DNA of 43,950 bases, taken from Candidatus Kaiserbacteria bacterium. Its GTDB lineage: Bacteria; Patescibacteriota; Minisyncoccia; Phycocordibacterales; UBA918. Under the pieces are notes generated by a model. That model did not search any database. It was given only the letters and a program-made list of their open reading frames with translations, and was not told the DNA's origin. The DNA is taken from assembly GCA_024653575.1 (NCBI GenBank), contig JANLIJ010000068.1, forward strand, positions 1-43,950, given 5' to 3'. Made by a program: the position numbers and the translations under genes. Below are positions 42,511 through 43,950 of this stretch, one piece after another. Every line of letters begins with the position of its first letter. Within the stretch, counting starts at the first letter, position 1.

Positions 42511-43686
42511 ATGAAAAAACCTATCTTTGTTACATTGAGCATTATCGTTACCATCCTCATATTGGGTATCTGGGCATACCTTTTCACCTTTGGTACACCA
42601 AAGGATGGCGCTGAGATTTTTACCAACTTCGGGTTGGGCAATAATGAGGGAGTATCTCCTGTTATTGTAGATTCCACAACAGTAGATGTAAGCGACGCTA
42701 CGCAGGAAGGAGCGCCTCAAGCACTCAAGCAACTTACACTCCGCCCTGTTGCAGGGGCAACATTTACTGGAAATGATGACGTGGTGCGATATGTTGAGCA
42801 GGGGACGGGACACATATATTCTATTAACCTTGTAAGCGGAGCAGAGTCACTTATAAGCGGAACGACACTCCCGGGGACACGAGAGGCACTCTTCGCGAAA
42901 GACGGTGCCCAAGTCGCAATTTCTATATTTGATGGAGCAGAACTAAAAACACTTGTCGGTAGTGCGGGAGAGAGTGCGACACAGAGCTTTACGGGAGTCA
43001 CTCTCCCAAAGGGGGCACAGAACATTTACTTTGACACTGCAACAAACACGCTCATGTATACCCTGAAGAGCGAGACGGGGATTTCTGGATACTCATACAA
43101 CACAAAGAAGGAGACCGGCATACAATTATTCTCAATACCACTTCGAGATGTGACTGTACTCTGGGGAGGGGAGAGTATTCATGTGTACACCACACCAACA
43201 GCAAGCCAAACGGGGTACTTATACAAGATTTCAAAAAATGAACTCACGTATGTCGCAGAAGGGGGGAGGGGACTTATGGGTTTTGTATTTAACGATGCTC
43301 CTATCGTCACCACGTCAGAAGAGACGGGTATTATCTCCTCAATAGTTACTTCCGGTATAAAAACTCCTCTCCCTGTGGCAGTGATACCAGAAAAGTGTGT
43401 TGGTGATGAGACCTTCCTCTACTGTGCTGTCCCTCGTGATTTCGGAAACATGGAAACCTTCCCTGACAATTGGTACAAAGGTGTGACTTCCTATAGTGAC
43501 ACTCTCTGGGAGATTGATATAGATAACAGCATCGCAACCGTACTGAGTAATTTTGAACTTGAAAGTGGGCGACAAATCGACGTTTCAAAAATCGGAATCT
43601 CAGAAGATAACACTCGCCTCTACTTCATCAACAAAAACGACAACACCCTCTGGATGTTCGACTCAAGAGTACTTTCTGGAGAATAA
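42511..43686 (+). CDS. membrane-anchored beta-propeller-like (TolB/PD40-like) hypothetical protein
   Basis: N-terminal TM segment. Repetitive beta-strand-rich sequence (RYVEQGTGHIYSINL...). Confidence 0.5.
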   Translation: MKKPIFVTLSIIVTILILGIWAYLFTFGTPKDGAEIFTNFGLGNNEGVSPVIVDSTTVDVSDATQEGAPQALKQLTLRPVAGATFTGNDDVVRYVEQGTGHIYSINLVSGAESLISGTTLPGTREALFAKDGAQVAISIFDGAELKTLVGSAGESATQSFTGVTLPKGAQNIYFDTATNTLMYTLKSETGISGYSYNTKKETGIQLFSIPLRDVTVLWGGESIHVYTTPTASQTGYLYKISKNELTYVAEGGRGLMGFVFNDAPIVTTSEETGIISSIVTSGIKTPLPVAVIPEKCVGDETFLYCAVPRDFGNMETFPDNWYKGVTSYSDTLWEIDIDNSIATVLSNFELESGRQIDVSKIGISEDNTRLYFINKNDNTLWMFDSRVLSGE

Positions 43687-43829
43687 CCCTCCACTCATAA
43701 AAAAGAGAGGCCTCTCAGTCTCTTTGTTTGTAATCACACTACCAATCAACGAGCTTGTAACAAGCACTAGATACCTACCTTATACCATAAGCAACACCTG
43801 TCGCTTATGGTATAAATCTCAAAAAGTAC

Positions 43830-43950
43830 TCAGAGTAAAAATTCTTTTCGAAGATGTTTATCATTTTCTATATAATTTGCTTTAATATAGAGAACATCAT
43901 TTGAAACGCCGAGGTGGCTTTTAACAACCTTGATGAAATCGTCACAAGGA
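43830..43950 (-). CDS. 3' end of a gene that runs off the window (…DDFIKVVKSHLGVSNDVLYIKANYIENDKHLRKEFLL*)
   Basis: Open frame from the window edge to the TGA at 43830-43832. Too short to classify. Confidence 0.3.
   Translation of the reverse strand, partial: PCDDFIKVVKSHLGVSNDVLYIKANYIENDKHLRKEFLL

Noticed and set aside
1-43950. CRISPR arrays, rRNA or tRNA genes, IS elements or transposases
   Set aside because: No regularly spaced direct repeats were seen. No tRNA T-arm or acceptor signatures turned up in any intergenic region. No DDE or serine transposase-like ORFs were seen. Absence is judged by eye only.

Overview
This is a compact bacterial chromosomal segment with about 50 protein genes. 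Intergenic gaps are short, and many are closed by long perfect hairpin terminators. The gene content suggests a Patescibacteria/CPR-like genome (inference): two TrmB-family regulators, a minimal VirB2/VirB3/VirB4/VirB6-type cluster with a CPR-style pilin, CPDG-repeat and DSDGDG-motif surface proteins, and almost no biosynthetic genes.

Recognised genes: xth, an ABC-F ATPase, rpsO, pnp, comM/yifB, a TraR/DksA-like zinc finger, uvrD/pcrA, rsmA/ksgA, a XerC/D-like recombinase, thrC, a LysM-M23 peptidase, two NUDIX hydrolases, two SRPBCC proteins, a VOC protein, an HxlR regulator with an FMN reductase, a RelE/RHH toxin-antitoxin pair, and a TrpR/YerC-like regulator.

Two regions stand out.

(1) 9.87-12.49 kb. 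A protein-poor interval of about 1.3 kb is driven by two near-consensus divergent promoters that share a 14-nt sequence.
- The rightward transcript is about 770 nt, helix-dense, and ends in a complete type III hammerhead ribozyme (11101-11157, predicted cleavage 11109/11110).
- It is followed by three visibly GC-richer orphan small genes separated by duplicated hairpin-plus-leader modules.
- The leftward transcript is about 250 nt and carries two SD-preceded MGD[F/S] mini-ORFs, each followed by a hairpin.

(2) 31.8-43.7 kb. An 11-gene T4SS-like (ComB-like?) operon has no coupling protein or relaxase. It is interrupted by an inverted-repeat element of about 118 nt, flanked by an ATGAG duplication, that occludes the start codon of the PrgI/VirB3-like gene.

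I found no rRNA, tRNA, CRISPR array or transposase. All homology calls are motif recognition by eye; no searches were run.
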